Shown here: positions 1 to 16,418 of the stretch, one piece after another | Numbering within the stretch: position 1 is the first letter of the stretch | Layout: each line of letters starts with the position of its first letter | The notes under the pieces: generated by a model | Database searches by the model: none | What the model was told of the DNA's origin: nothing | Seen by the model: only the letters and a program-made list of their open reading frames with translations | NCBI GenBank assembly: GCA_016748015.1 | Contig: JAAOMT010000591.1 | Location: 385,532 to 449,531 of the forward strand | From: Geosiphon pyriformis uo1 | Lineage: Eukaryota > Fungi > Glomeromycota | DNA length: 64,000 bases | Direction: 5' to 3' | Made by a program: the position numbers and the translations under genes

Positions 1-2782
1 GAAAAATAGAACCACTTTGACTCATCTCAGTTTGAAATTTATTTAATAAAATAAGAATTGATTTGGTTAATTCTTTTCCAATTACATCTAAAAAAATTAT
101 TATATTGCTATAGTTGTAAACTACCTTACTAAGTGGCCAGAAGCCAGAGTAATCTAAGTAGCTAATGCTAAAACAGTAGCCAAGTTTGTACACCAAGATC
201 TAATTTGCCATTATAGATGTCCAAAAAAATTGTTATCCAATCAAAGAACACATTTTGTCAATAGTATACTAACCAAACTAAGCCAATAGTTTGGAATAAA
301 ACAACTTTTATTATTATTCTATTACCCACAAACAAATAGACTGGTAAAATAATTTAACCTAATACTGTATAAAACATTAGCAAAAATAAGTTACAAAAAT
401 GCACAAAAATAAAACTTATTTATATTTTCTGTATTATTTGCATACTAAACATTAAAGCAAAATACTACTCAGTTTACACCATTTGAACTAGTCTATAAAA
501 GAAAAACTATCTTATCTATTGAACAAGAAATACTTTTTTTTCCAACAAAAAAAATCACTAAAGAAAATTTTGAAACTACCTTATATCAAAGAACATACCA
601 ACTTATGAAAACATTAGAAAACAATTGTGGAACAGCAGCTAACAATATTAGTAAAGCTTAAAAACAACAAAAAAAAAGATATGATAATTGTCTATTTGAC
701 CAACCAATCAAATTCAAGATTGAAAACCAAGTACTATTACATTATATAAAGGCTAAAAAACAGTAAAATAAAAAGTTTGATCTGAAGTGAAATAGTTTAT
801 TTCATATACACAAAGTTTTAGACAATAGAGCTTACAAATTAAGATTGAAAAACAAAATTTTAAAGAAAGTAGTACATAAAAATCAGTTGAAAATTTATTA
901 TACAAACCAAGAAACATTGTTATCTGTACTGTAACTAGAAATACAGATTTCATTAATCAAACCAAAAAATATATCATAAGATTTGAAACCAATTATTGTT
1001 ATCAAAACATAATCAACATACAACTATTTAATTAAAAAATTTAAGTATATATAATAGCCAAAACAGCAAAAAAAATGGTAGAACTCTCAACATAAACCTC
1101 TTAAATAAAATTTTAAAACTCTTAAAACAACTATTTGAGATAATTCAACAATTTACAATTCAAATAAAAATCACAATTAATAGAAAAGATATATAATACA
1201 AAGACAGAAGCAAAAAAAAATGAGTAAAAGTTTAACTAAAACTGAATATTCTTACAATTAAAAAAAAAAGATATGTTGAACCAAACTTGAAAAAATAAAA
1301 AAAGCTTTGAACAGTCTAGTATTAGAATCAGTAATAAGAGAATAGACACTTAAAAACTCCAGAATATGGAAAAAAAAACTTTTATTAGTCTACTGGTTCT
1401 ATAAAATTGGTAAACAAATAGGATTAAGAACACTATATAAAGATCTTAATTGACAAACATTCAACAAAAAAGCTCTTAAATAAGTAGAAGTATTTATAAG
1501 AAAAAACAACTTAATACTATACTATAAAGCAACATACTAATTATATGTGATATTCAAATACTGTTTAGCTATACTACTAAACAGCTCTCTAGAAACTATT
1601 ACAATCAACAACATAAGACAAATAATGAATAAACAGTTTAAAGACTTACAAAAAACAATATTTAACACAACAATCAAATACTACACAAAAAATACAAATA
1701 TTACAGATACATATAATTTTACAAAAACTTAATTCTAAAATAGAGAGATAATATTACTTAAGTAGAAAAACCAATTCAAGTTATGAAAAAACATAATCAA
1801 AATATAATAACATAAAATAATATAAAATAATATGAAAGAACACAAAATAACATGTAATAACTTAAGATAACACAATATAAAATGCAAAAATACAATATAG
1901 CACAAAAAAACTAATTAAACTTAAGATAACTAATAATAATATAAAAAAATAAAGCAATAACAGAAATAGTAAATAATAATTAGCAATAATAAAATAATTA
2001 AAAGCAGTCTTGTAAAATTAAGAAAAATATATAAAAAAAAGTAGTTGTAAAAGATAAAAAAAGAGATATAAACAAGAATCAATTTTTTTCTACTTATATC
2101 TATTATATATTCTTTATTATATCTTATATTTTATATTATTAAAATAAAAAAAATATTAAGAAAACCAAAATTCATATCTATATAATTCTTGTATTTATAT
2201 ATTTTAGCTAAAATAATCTTGTTCTTATTTTTATTCTTAGCCAAATGTTTTTAGCATAAAACTGTCTCAAACCATTATGACTTGAACCAATTGCTTTTAA
2301 TCATGATAATTAATGATACTAATTTTTCCTTTTTTATTTTATTTTTATTTTATTTTTTATTTTTATTTTTTATTTTTATTTTCATTTGTGAAGTAATAAC
2401 ATAAGAAAATTAACTGTCTAAAAATAGACTTCATAATATCCTAGTAAAAAAGAAAAGCTTTTCTTAAAATTAAATATTAATATTATCTTATTAGCTTACT
2501 AAAAAAGCAAAAAGACATTACTGAATTCTAGCAACTGCACTTAACTAGCTCAGAAAAGATAGCTTACATACATAAAGTTATAATACCACAAAACCAGTTT
2601 TTTGTGTTTTATAACCAAAGAACTTCACAGGTAAATTCACATTAATTAAAAAAAACTTTCAGAGACTGATAATATTAATACACTAAACAAATTTACCAAA
2701 AAAAATCTTCAACAGTTCTCTAGAAACCCAAATTTTAAGCACCAAATATTACCACTATCTACCTTTAAGTTTAATTGTAACA
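1..2782 (+). mobile_element. Degenerate Ty3/Gypsy LTR retrotransposon, 3' part (integrase core and C-terminus, extra ORF, polypurine tract, 3' LTR)
   Basis: From ~101 it translates as YIAIVVNYLTKWPEARVI*..LLSNQRTHF..YYPQTNRLVK*FN, an integrase core (DYLTKWPEA, SDQGTHF, YHPQTNGLVERFN) with D->N, G->R, E->K and R->stop changes. A purine tract at ~1737-1751 precedes the LTR. A homologous copy lies inverted at 35026-38270. Confidence 0.9.
1752..2782 (+). repeat. 3' LTR of the Gypsy element (~1.03 kb)
   Basis: Starts TATTAC (mutated TGTTAC) right after the purine tract and ends TGTAACA. Aligns with 35026-35945 (minus strand) and shares motifs with 5126-6031. Contains a (TTTTTA)n tract at ~2331-2383. 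Confidence 0.75.
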
Positions 2783-3487
2783 ACATACTTTTTATTAAAT
2801 TAAAAAATTTCAAAATATCTGTAAGATTCTTCATGTTTAGCAATAGAAATAAATTAGTCACTAATATGTAATAAAACAATTATAATTCTTTGGTTAATAA
2901 AAATTATAACTGTCTTTTTATTATTGATCCAAATATTATTAATTATAAAAAACTGATTGGCCAAATCCAAAATATACTGTGTTGAAGTTTAATCATTTTT
3001 TACTTAAATAATATTATCTACAAAAACATCTGTTACAAAAAAAGAAGTTTTTCTTTTACTAATCTCTATTTTGTCTATCTTAGCTATTAAATTAGTATTG
3101 ATTTAATATTTATATAAGTGTTTTTGTTTCTTAAACTTACACAATATAAAATCATAAAAAATTCTTCAAAGAAATGATAAAATGACTTTATTTTAATCTA
3201 ATCTATTATGTACTCTGTAATTATTTGAAAACCCAAAATTTATTATCATTTTATTGACTCTGTTTTTGTATATATTACTGAAAAAGTTAATAAATCTGTT
3301 ATATATTTTGAAACACTTTAAACTAGTTTCTAAATAGTGCTATCTAACTGAATTATAAGCTTTATGCATGTTTTATAGAACTAATCATAACTTTTGGCTC
3401 TTTTTTAATCTTTTTTTACAATAGAACCAACAACAAACATTAAAGATTGAGTTAAAATATTTTTTAATACTAAAAAATTGTTACCAT

Positions 3488-4460
3488 TGTTACTAGTAGA
3501 ATTTTAGCTATTAATTAGCATAAAATTACCTTCATAATTCCTATTATTAATTAGCATATATTATTATTATTTCGATTATCACTTATTATTTAATTAAATT
3601 ATCAAATATTATTACTCAATCAATAATCCGATTTGTACCATAGAAATTAAGATGATCAAATTACACAATACCCTGAACCATTTAATATAGTCAAAATTCG
3701 CCGAAATTGATGAAAATTGGCCGAAATAATCAATAGTTTGTAGAAATAACTTGTAGTTTACCAAAATGTATCTTTAATTTACTGAAATTAGAGCAAAAAG
3801 GAAAGTGCAAGTTCAAAGACTAGTACTACAATAAGTTGTATAAAAGAAAAGCTTCTCTCTTCAAAAAAATGTATTCTTTCATAGTATTTTACCATAGTAT
3901 CTTACTTTAGATATCTTAATTAGAATAAATCATCTTTTACACATTCAAATAAAAATTAAATATTCGAAAACCAAATCCTTTGATTATTGCACTTGAAATT
4001 CTCTCAATACAACTACCATTTTGAAATTGATTAGCTACCAATTTCAGTAATCTGTTAGTGACTCCAGGTCTGGATAGAAAACGTTTCCCTTGTTAGAATT
4101 CTATTTTTTTTACATTTTTTTTTATTTTTTCTTTCTTTTTTTATTATAATCATTAGAGTAGTCTACAGACGAAATTCCTGTAGAAGAGTTGACTTTTACA
4201 GCAAAGTAACTACACATTTTTAGTGAGCTTTCGAATGAGCAATTCCTGGAAAAGAGTTGACATTTACTACAATGTAACTACATAAAGTAACTGGCAAGGA
4301 ATTGGCCATTCTATTTATAAGCTTAGCAGTTCAAATTATAGAAGATAATTTGAAGATAAATTCAGTTATTGGAGGTTCAACTGCTTCCAAAAAACGTGAA
4401 ATCAGCAACAGACAAATATTAACAACATTTAAGAAAAGAGACCAAAAACCTCCAGTAACA
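3488..4460 (+). mobile_element. Solo LTR (family A, 973 bp) inserted in the LINE RT
   Basis: Termini TGTTAC...GTAACA; 4-bp TSD CCAT (3484-3487) / CTAT (4461-4464). Full-length homolog at 36486-37463. TATA-like GTATAAAA near 3838 and AATAAA downstream. Confidence 0.92.
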
Positions 4461-5125
4461 CTATAGAGAATATTAAACTTGTTATAAACAAATAAGATAT
4501 AATCTAACCAAATTTTGAACAAAATTTTCTTAGTCATCTTAATTAAAGCTATAGATTATGTGTTCATTAAAATGTTATCTTAATCATATAATTTGGAGAT
4601 CATTAAAACTTATGCTCTTTTTTAGAGAATTGGAACATCACTAATAGATTTAATAAACAAATTACTATCATATTATCATAATGTTTTCAAAGTTTATTAG
4701 TTATACCAGATAAACTAACAGCTTTGCTATTGAACAGATCACTGATTATTAAAATCAAATTTTTTAAGTTGATGGTTTTTATTATACCAGAAAAAATATT
4801 TTTACTTATATATGCCAAAAGCACATATTAACTAGTTTATAAATCAAGCAGATCTAAAAAATTTTACATTTTTTTGTTTAATCTTCTATAATTATATTAA
4901 TTCTAAGTTTTATCTTATTTGGCTTCAAAACCAATTCTTTTTTATTTATTAGATAGTTCAAAATCATTTCTGAAATAATCATTTTAAGACACTTTTAATT
5001 ATGCTACTTTTATTAGAATTAAAATTTTTTATGTGTTTTTTAATTGTATTTCTAATAGCTGTATTTTTAGCTGTTTTAAACTCATAGTACTTGAACTTAT
5101 AATAATTCTTTTTGATTTTTGACAG

Positions 5126-6031
5126 TATTATTTATAGAAAAAGTATGAAAAAAAAAACAGAAAAAACAAATAAAAAATAAACCAATAAGAGAATAGTACT
5201 TAACAAGTAAACACAATGTCAAAAAATTATAACATATTGCTTAACAATATGCATATTGTCAGTAAATTATAGCATACTGTTTAGCAATAAACATATTGTC
5301 AAAAAATTATAATACATTGCTTAGCAATAAGCACATTGTCAGAAAAAATAGGGCATATTGCTTCAGAAAATATGAGATTTCATATAATTAGAATTATGTG
5401 TATATAGTGAAAGTATTAAAAGCAAAAAAAACAAAATCAATACCAATAATTAGTTAAAACTTATTAATTAATTAATATTTCTTTCTTTAAAAGATAGTTT
5501 TTTATAACTTAAAATAAAATCAAATCACTTCTCAATAAAATATTAATTATTATTTGAATTTATGTTATCATTGCTTGATTAAGAAATATTAATTAATTTT
5601 ACTCTATCAACACTCCATATTAATAGAATCCAACACTTAAATATACTAAACCAATAGCTTTTGATCATGGCTATTAATAGAATACTAATTTTTTATTTTG
5701 TTTTATTTTGTTTTGTTTTGTTTTTTTGTTGTTTACTAATTAATTAAAAAAATTAAGTGCTAAGTAATTAATGTCAAAAATAGCCTGGTAAAAAACCCAG
5801 AAATAAAGATAAAAATTTAAGAATAGCTTATTAAAAAAGCATAACTGTCAAATTAAACCAGTTATTATGCTGAAGAAAAAAATTCACAAAAGAAATCATC
5901 AATTGAATTTCTGTTTATTATACAAAAAACTTAACAAAAAACCTTCAGATATTACCAATATTATCAAGCTATTAAGCACTTAGTTATAAGTTTGTTATTT
6001 GTATTAACACCCCAAATAATCATCTGTAATA
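5126..6031 (+). mobile_element. Solo LTR (906 bp), related to the LTR at 1752-2782, inserted in LINE ORF2
   Basis: Termini TATTA...TGTAATA (mutated TGTTA...TGTAACA). TSD ACAG/ATAA differs only by C->T and G->A. Removing it restores the LINE frame ...IKHL/SKIKK. It shares the CCAATnGCTTTTRATCATG..ATACTAATTTT + poly-T motif with ~2287 and ~35430. Confidence 0.8.
5195..5363. repeat. ~39-bp tandem repeat (about 4 units) inside the solo LTR
   Basis: Units of the form RCATATTGCTTAGCAATAAGCATATTGTCAGAAAATTATA that differ mostly by transitions. Confidence 0.8.
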
Positions 6032-9000
6032 ATAAATGTTTAATCATATTTATAAAATTTGTACTATTACAAATTAAGCTGTTAATTTTAGAAAATTTTA
6101 TTTTATCAACAAATAACCACACTTTAATAAGACAATTAAATTCCACCTTATTGTCTAAACTCAATATTTTAAACAACTTAAAGACCAACAATTTTAGCTT
6201 GTGAAATTTTAAAGACTGTCTGTTTTTTGAATAATTAAATTTACTATATCAATATTTAAAGAATATTTTATCAGCTATATCTATTATTATTCTACTTAAG
6301 ACTTCTTATATTACACTTAAGTTCTGAAGATTTTTAACTTTAGAAAACTCATATTGTACTATTGAAAGCTTAGTAGAAAAACAATCCTTAAATTTTGTTT
6401 ATTTGACATTATTTGCATTTTTTGTTTTGAATTTCTAGTAATTTTTATTAGTATGTTTGTAAGCAATGTTTAGATAAATGTTTAATAAGTCTCTTAAACT
6501 AATTCGAATTAAAACTGCTTTGTAATTAGTATTAAAAAAATCAAAAACAAAACTAATATTATGAGTTATAATAGTTAATAATAAATTTTTACTTAAAAAA
6601 ATATAATTAATAATTTTCTTAATTCTTCTTAAATTGTGCCAAGTAAAACATTTAACCAAAAAATATTTACTTAAAAAATTTACCAAATTTATATTTAGAC
6701 ATTTGTTAAGACTTGCATACTTTCTAAAACTATCTTTATTAAAGTTATTACTTAAGGTTGTAAATAAGCTAAAATTAATTACTTTAAAAATAAAAAAGTT
6801 AACATTAAAAGCTTGTATAAATCTAGTTCTAATTAATGCCCCAGCATACAAATCCAAAATTACAATTAACAATTTGCTTTTAAATAGAAAATAAATTAAA
6901 ATCATTTAATCAGAATTTTTTTCTACTTTTATAATATAATAAGTTAAAAAATTGTTCATAATAATAGCCACACCAGTTCTGAAAAAGCCATTTTTTAAGC
7001 TGAATATAAATATTCAGATCCCATTAAATCTGCTCATTATCTATGACTTGGCACTAGATTTAAGTTTTGTTTTAATTACAATAGATATTATGTTCTCAGA
7101 ATTTATATATTATTGAATAATATCTTCTTGTTTTGCCAAATTATTTATATTTTTAATATTATATGTTGTTATTTTCCAAATAAACACACTTATTAAGGTA
7201 AAAATACACCAAAAAACTTAAGCCAACATACAACTGATCTAACTTCTCTAGAATTGAGCCAACAGAAATCTTAAAAGCCACTATTTTTAACTTTAAACTA
7301 TCTATTTTGGTAGTTAAAATCTTAAAACTACTTGAATCTAATATTGAAGCTTTAGTATTTGCTAAAAGAAGAAAAGAGAATGATGTTTATAAGTTATCTA
7401 AAACCATATCTGAAACCAAGTTTAGATTTGTAATCATTGAATTAACTAAGATAAAAGCAAGAAAAGATAAAACCAATAATGTCAAATCTATATTACTAAA
7501 TCTACACACAATATTGAACATCTAATTAGCCAAAAACTTCAAAAAACATTTCAGAAAAGCCAACCAATTACCAATTACAAACATATTTTAAAAATCAAAA
7601 ACCTTATTACCAGAAAATAAAGTATTAAAAAAAAAATCCAGAAAAAAAACAGAATAAATATTAATAGAAACTGCTATTAAAGACACTATCTAAGCCCAAA
7701 ACTTGTTACCAAAAACAGCAGATTAGGAAATAAGCATATTTTTTTGGTATAAAAGTGAGCAAATTAAAAACAATTCTAATATAAACAAACTTTTTATAAA
7801 CTTTTTTCTGAACTAAAGCAAAGAAATCAGAAAAATCACATTCAAGAAAAAAATATTCAAAATGCTCACACTTTTCATATTAAATCAGATTCAATTTAGT
7901 TCAAAAAAACTTAATATCATTTAAAATAAACACTGTATAAAAAACAGATTCTAGTTTCTTATTAGATTTAAAACCAATAACAATACAGCAAACTCTATTA
8001 TCAGTGTTGAATAATCAATTAATAATATAAGTTTTTCTACTAGTTTTTTTTAATAAATTACCAAGATTATGAGTAATTATTTCTATAAAAAAAGTAAACA
8101 AAAATGTTTTAAATTGATCAATAAATATCTAAGTATTATAATTTTCTATAGTTTTTATTATACACACTAAATTTTTTCCAATTAAATATTATTATTTTGA
8201 TGTCAACAAATCAGTTTAACTTGATTCAGTAAATTTTACTACACTCTTTTGCTACAGTTCAATTAGTTGTAATAGATTAATACAATTTGACCAAACTCAA
8301 AAATTGCAGCAATAATCATCTTTTTTGGTATGTTTATAAAAATTTTCTTAATTACTACAGTCTAATTTAATCTAATTTTTTGTTTTTTAATATTATTGTT
8401 TATAATAATTCTTTTTTCTTGAACCAATGATACAGTCTTATTTATACTTTTTTCTAATATAAATATTGATTTGATAATTTTTTTAAATTTTAAAAGAGTA
8501 GTAGTTTTTTTAAATTTATTGATTAATGAAAATAATTTTCTAATTATCTAAGTTTTGGTTATTGTCAATTTGTCTTCTACTACTAAAAAATTAATATTTA
8601 AGGCAAAGAATTTTTTTATTTATATCAAAGTTGAGTAAACCAAGAAGAGCACTATGAACTATATTAGTACTTGTTTTATTGGCTTTAAAAATAATTACTG
8701 TTGAGTTTAAAAGAGACCTACTATTAACATCTTCTATAATATAATTATTTTTACAACTAATAGACTTATTGTTCAAATGTGAATACACACTTTCAAGATC
8801 CAATTTAATTAATAATATATTATTTTTATTACTTAAATGGTTAATATTATCAAAAATAATTCTTTTCTTTTAAGCAAAAAAGCTATTGGCTAGATCATAA
8901 AAAGTTCTTTTGAGCATCTTTTTTTTAAACATGCTGTTGTCTAAAACAGCCTTTAAGTTTACAATAAAAAGATATTAGATTGAAAAATATTAATAGTAAA

Positions 9001-10420
9001 CAACAAAAAAATAAAAATAAAAAAACTTTTTTTTTTGAAAATATGTTCTTTAAGAAATTTGAAACATAAGAAAAAAAAAACTTTTTTTTTTTTTTTTATA
9101 TTATTATAATAAATTTTTATTATTATTAAATTTTTAAGATTATTAAATTTTTAAGATTATTAATATTAAATATTTTATTAATACTACTGGTTTTATTATT
9201 TATTTTGTTGCTTTAAAATTTAAATACACCAAGAATATTAAATTTTAAAACATTTTTAAATAAAAATTAACAAATAAGTTTATTATATTAGTATTTATAA
9301 TTTGTTTTTTTATTAGTATAATCAAAGTTAATAATCAGAAAAAACTAATTTTTTTTTGTATTCAAGTAAGTTTTCATATTTATTTTGTTTGTATTTGCTA
9401 TTAACTAAAGAGTTTGCCAATTTTATAGTTATTAAAAAAAATTATTGACAAAAATAGTTAATAAAAAATAAGATATAAAAGAAAAAAAAGTAAAAATATC
9501 TTAACTAATTCTTTTGGCTTTTATTATAGTTAGAAAATCAATAAGAGAAAGAGTTTTTTAAAATTTTAAAATTTATTTGTATATTTTTTATGTTATTTTT
9601 TAAAATTATATTTAATTATTTATGTTTATAGTATTGTTTTTAATATCTAAATTTTGTTATAAAATTTTTAATCAATTTTATTATTTTTGTTTATTTATTA
9701 TTTTTAAACTTTTTTACAATTTTTTATTATTTTTTTAATAATTTTTTATTTTATTTAATACTTAATAACTAATTGGTCTATCTTTTTTTCTAATACATTT
9801 TTCAATATGTCTAGATACACTAGTAACCAAATTTATATAGATATTTCATGGAATTGCTTGCCATTTTTCTTGTAATACGAAGAATAATTTGTGATTATTT
9901 TCGGACACAGATTTCGTTTTTTGAGTTGTTTTTGTAAATAATCTCATAAATGCTCTATTGAATACAAATCGAGTGATTGTGTTAGCCATTTAGAAAGTAA
10001 ATTAAAATGTTTTTGAGCCATTTAAGTCTTAACATTAAACTTTAGATTTTTGAATATTCATGTTTATCAAAAAAAATCCCGAAAAATTTTATATTGATAA
10101 AAAAAACGCGAATTAAATATTGTTAATTATATCTTTGTTTTGATTAATTAATTGTTATTTTAATACATTCTTTATTATTTATAGATAGCTAATATAGTTA
10201 TAAATAAATTTTTATAAATATTTTTATTATTTATGGAACACAAAATAATATATTTACATATTAATATTTGTATATAAACTCTTTATTTTATAAATATTTC
10301 CATTTTTTTTATTGTTGTTTTTTAGTATTTATTAAATATATTAAAACCAAATTTATCTTAGTTTTGGTTATATTAGATTTATTTAAAATATTTACAAATT
10401 TTAACAATTTTCAGTTTTTA

Positions 10421-10470
<50 letters not shown>
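10421..10470. repeat. (ATT)n microsatellite
   Basis: About 16 perfect ATT units; explains the poly-Ile ORF in the track. Confidence 0.95.
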
Positions 10471-10471
<1 letters not shown>

Positions 10472-10979
10472 CTCAAACATATAAATTAAAATTTTAATAT
10501 TATTATAATTGAAATATTTTATATTTAAATAATACTTGTTATATATATTTTTTACTGTTGTTAAAAATACATTGTAAATTGTTTTTATTAAATAAAATTA
10601 CAAAAAAGTTGTGTATTTGTTAGTTAAATCAAACTTTAAATTGTTGTTTAGTTGCCAAATTTTAAAGTTTTTTTTCAGTTTATTTTATTAATATTAACAT
10701 TTCCAAAAATTTCTACTTTACACAAAATGTTTTCAAACATAAGTTTTTACAATTTTTTTAATATTATAAGATATTGTTATTGTTAAACACTTTTTTGCTT
10801 TGGTTAAATAACATTTCATATTGATAAACTAGGTCCACCAACTTATTTGCTTTTTCATTATTTGTTATTTTATCATAATTGTTAAAACTCCTGATTTAAC
10901 ACCATTTTGGAGAATTCTTGAAAATCTCAAATCCTAAAATTGCCATAAAATATTAAGATAATAAACTCATCTACTATAT

Positions 10980-11978
10980 TCAGAAATCAAGTTGATCGAC
11001 TAGCCATTTTTTGAAATAAAGACAAGATTTAGGTGATACGACCCCATCCTCTGAGCAATAATTAAATATTGGACATCTTCCACAAGGCATGTCAGTCCAC
11101 GCATTTCCTACATAATAATCATCCCCTTGAGGTTCACGCAATGCCTTGTAGACGACTTGAGAATCATCATCCTCTTCATCCTCCTCATCCTTTTCTTCCT
11201 CATTCTCAGTTTCATTTTCAGAATCGTTTCCTTGTTTGCCACCATGCGTAGCAATAACTTTTCTTTCTATTTTTCCATCAAAAATTAATAGATCAAGGAG
11301 AGAATCGATATCTGATGGTTCTAAACGAGTATCTGTGATTTTACTTTCAATGACGAAATTATGAATTTGTTTGGCGTTAGGATAATTAGGATGAGAAGCG
11401 GAATATATTGCAGTCGCACTGTTTTTCGGGTAACTTCTGGACAGAATGTATCTATAAGCAACTAAAGTCAATTGTTCTACGAAATCAGAATCTAGTGTTT
11501 GATCTGTAAACCATGGACCCCCAGTAATCTCTTGCGAAGGTTCTAATTCAAAGAGCATATAGGTTTTACGTGTAGGATTCTGAACTGGCTTGACAGCCTT
11601 TATTAAATTTTTGCTTTCCAAACTCTTATAAACACGGGTAAGAGCTGTTTGGTGTAAATTGGTCTTCATTTTGATGTATTTCGTCCAAATTCCTTGGGTA
11701 CCAGAGTGCCTAATAACCTTTAAGACCATCATTTCTTCTTCATTTAACTTGTTATGTTCTGGCAAAAGCTCCAGTGCATGATAGGTAAGCTCAGTATCCT
11801 CATCGATTCGCATTTCGACCAAACTGGTTCTAAGGAGTTTATTAATAATGGTTACTAGCTGCTGCACCGGTATAACGAGTTCCTCGGCAATTGTTTGCGC
11901 CGAGGCACCATCCTCCCCTTTCCTCCTAAGCAATTGGTAGACTTTGAGTTCCTGGGGTTGCATTGTCTTGGTCGACAT
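10980..11978 (-). CDS. RPC34: RNA polymerase III subunit C34/RPC6, intronless, 332 aa
   Basis: Winged-helix region GIWTK..KTNLHQ..KSLESKNLIKAVK..PTRKTYMLFELEPS.EITGGPWF, and a C-terminal Cys motif PCGRCP..CS...SPKSC (Fe-S ligands in human RPC6). First ATG at 11978. Confidence 0.96.
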   Translation of the reverse strand: MSTKTMQPQELKVYQLLRRKGEDGASAQTIAEELVIPVQQLVTIINKLLRTSLVEMRIDEDTELTYHALELLPEHNKLNEEEMMVLKVIRHSGTQGIWTKYIKMKTNLHQTALTRVYKSLESKNLIKAVKPVQNPTRKTYMLFELEPSQEITGGPWFTDQTLDSDFVEQLTLVAYRYILSRSYPKNSATAIYSASHPNYPNAKQIHNFVIESKITDTRLEPSDIDSLLDLLIFDGKIERKVIATHGGKQGNDSENETENEEEKDEEDEEDDDSQVVYKALREPQGDDYYVGNAWTDMPCGRCPIFNYCSEDGVVSPKSCLYFKKWLVDQLDF

Positions 11979-12226
11979 TTTGGGAAGAGTAAGTTGAATG
12001 GCAGGCAAATTAGCTTAAACTGCAGTTTAAAATATCGGATCAACACATGATTCAGTGAGTAATATTTATTATCATGATATCAAAAAGTTTTAATTAATGA
12101 TTTTTTTAATTCCGAATTTTTGGTTTATATTTTTATTTTCATTTACAAAATTAAATTAAAAATTAAAGAATCTTATTCTAATGAACATATTTTACAATCT
12201 ATGAAGTAAAATTTACTAAAAAACAA

Positions 12227-16129
<3,903 letters not shown>

Positions 16130-16418
16130 TTTGATTGGGACTTTGCTCAAACAGGTGAAATATAATGTGACACCAAATAATGTTAAAACAATCAACAGGA
16201 GTTTATTCCTCGACCGAAAACTATGGAAAATGACTAAAGAAATTTTGCGGGAGTTTTTGAAATTTTTAAAGCACTATCCTAAACTAGATACGATCTCTAG
16301 TCAGCCACTGAAGGCTCTGCTATATGACATCATTCTTGCGATTCTCCGATTCAATGAATAAACATCCTATTGCTGAATATCATGAACCTTATTAGTACAC
16401 ACTTCCCATTTCAACGTA

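Larger units (their letters stand above)
2783..9000 (-). mobile_element. Degenerate non-LTR retrotransposon (LINE): ORF1 with CCHC knuckle, APE endonuclease and reverse transcriptase; split by three LTR insertions
   Basis: ORF1 remnant at ~8965-7230 has a degraded knuckle (YEKCEHFEYFF for CxxCxxxxHxxxxC). Endonuclease at ~7170-6435 reads IWKITTYNIKNIN, IKTKLK, LSNNFNKD, INYIF, FNTNYKAV (NVRG, ETKL, GDFN, IDYI, TDH motifs). RT at 5125-4461 and 3487-2783 reads NT*SIALIK, NMHKAYNSV, FVDN. Reading frames rejoin across the insertions. Confidence 0.9.

Noticed and set aside
4158-4215. Hairpin or hammerhead ribozyme in the LTR repeat unit
   Set aside because: AGTC/AGAA are out of register for loop A, there is no loop B consensus and no CTGANGA; kept only as an unclassified structure.
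5195-5363. CRISPR-like array (also 61779-61850)
   Set aside because: Head-to-tail repeats without unique spacers, inside LTRs of a eukaryote.
1-9000. APOBEC-type editing of retroelement cDNA as the cause of hypermutation
   Set aside because: cDNA editing is strand-asymmetric (G->A on the sense strand). Here each copy has both C->T and G->A, and TSDs were mutated after insertion.
10268-10489. Poly-Ile ORF and other I/K/N/F/L-rich ORFs in AT blocks (e.g. 753-953, 30283-30774, 32579-32782, 38589-38771)
   Set aside because: Products of a microsatellite and AT-saturated repeats; no independent coding signal.
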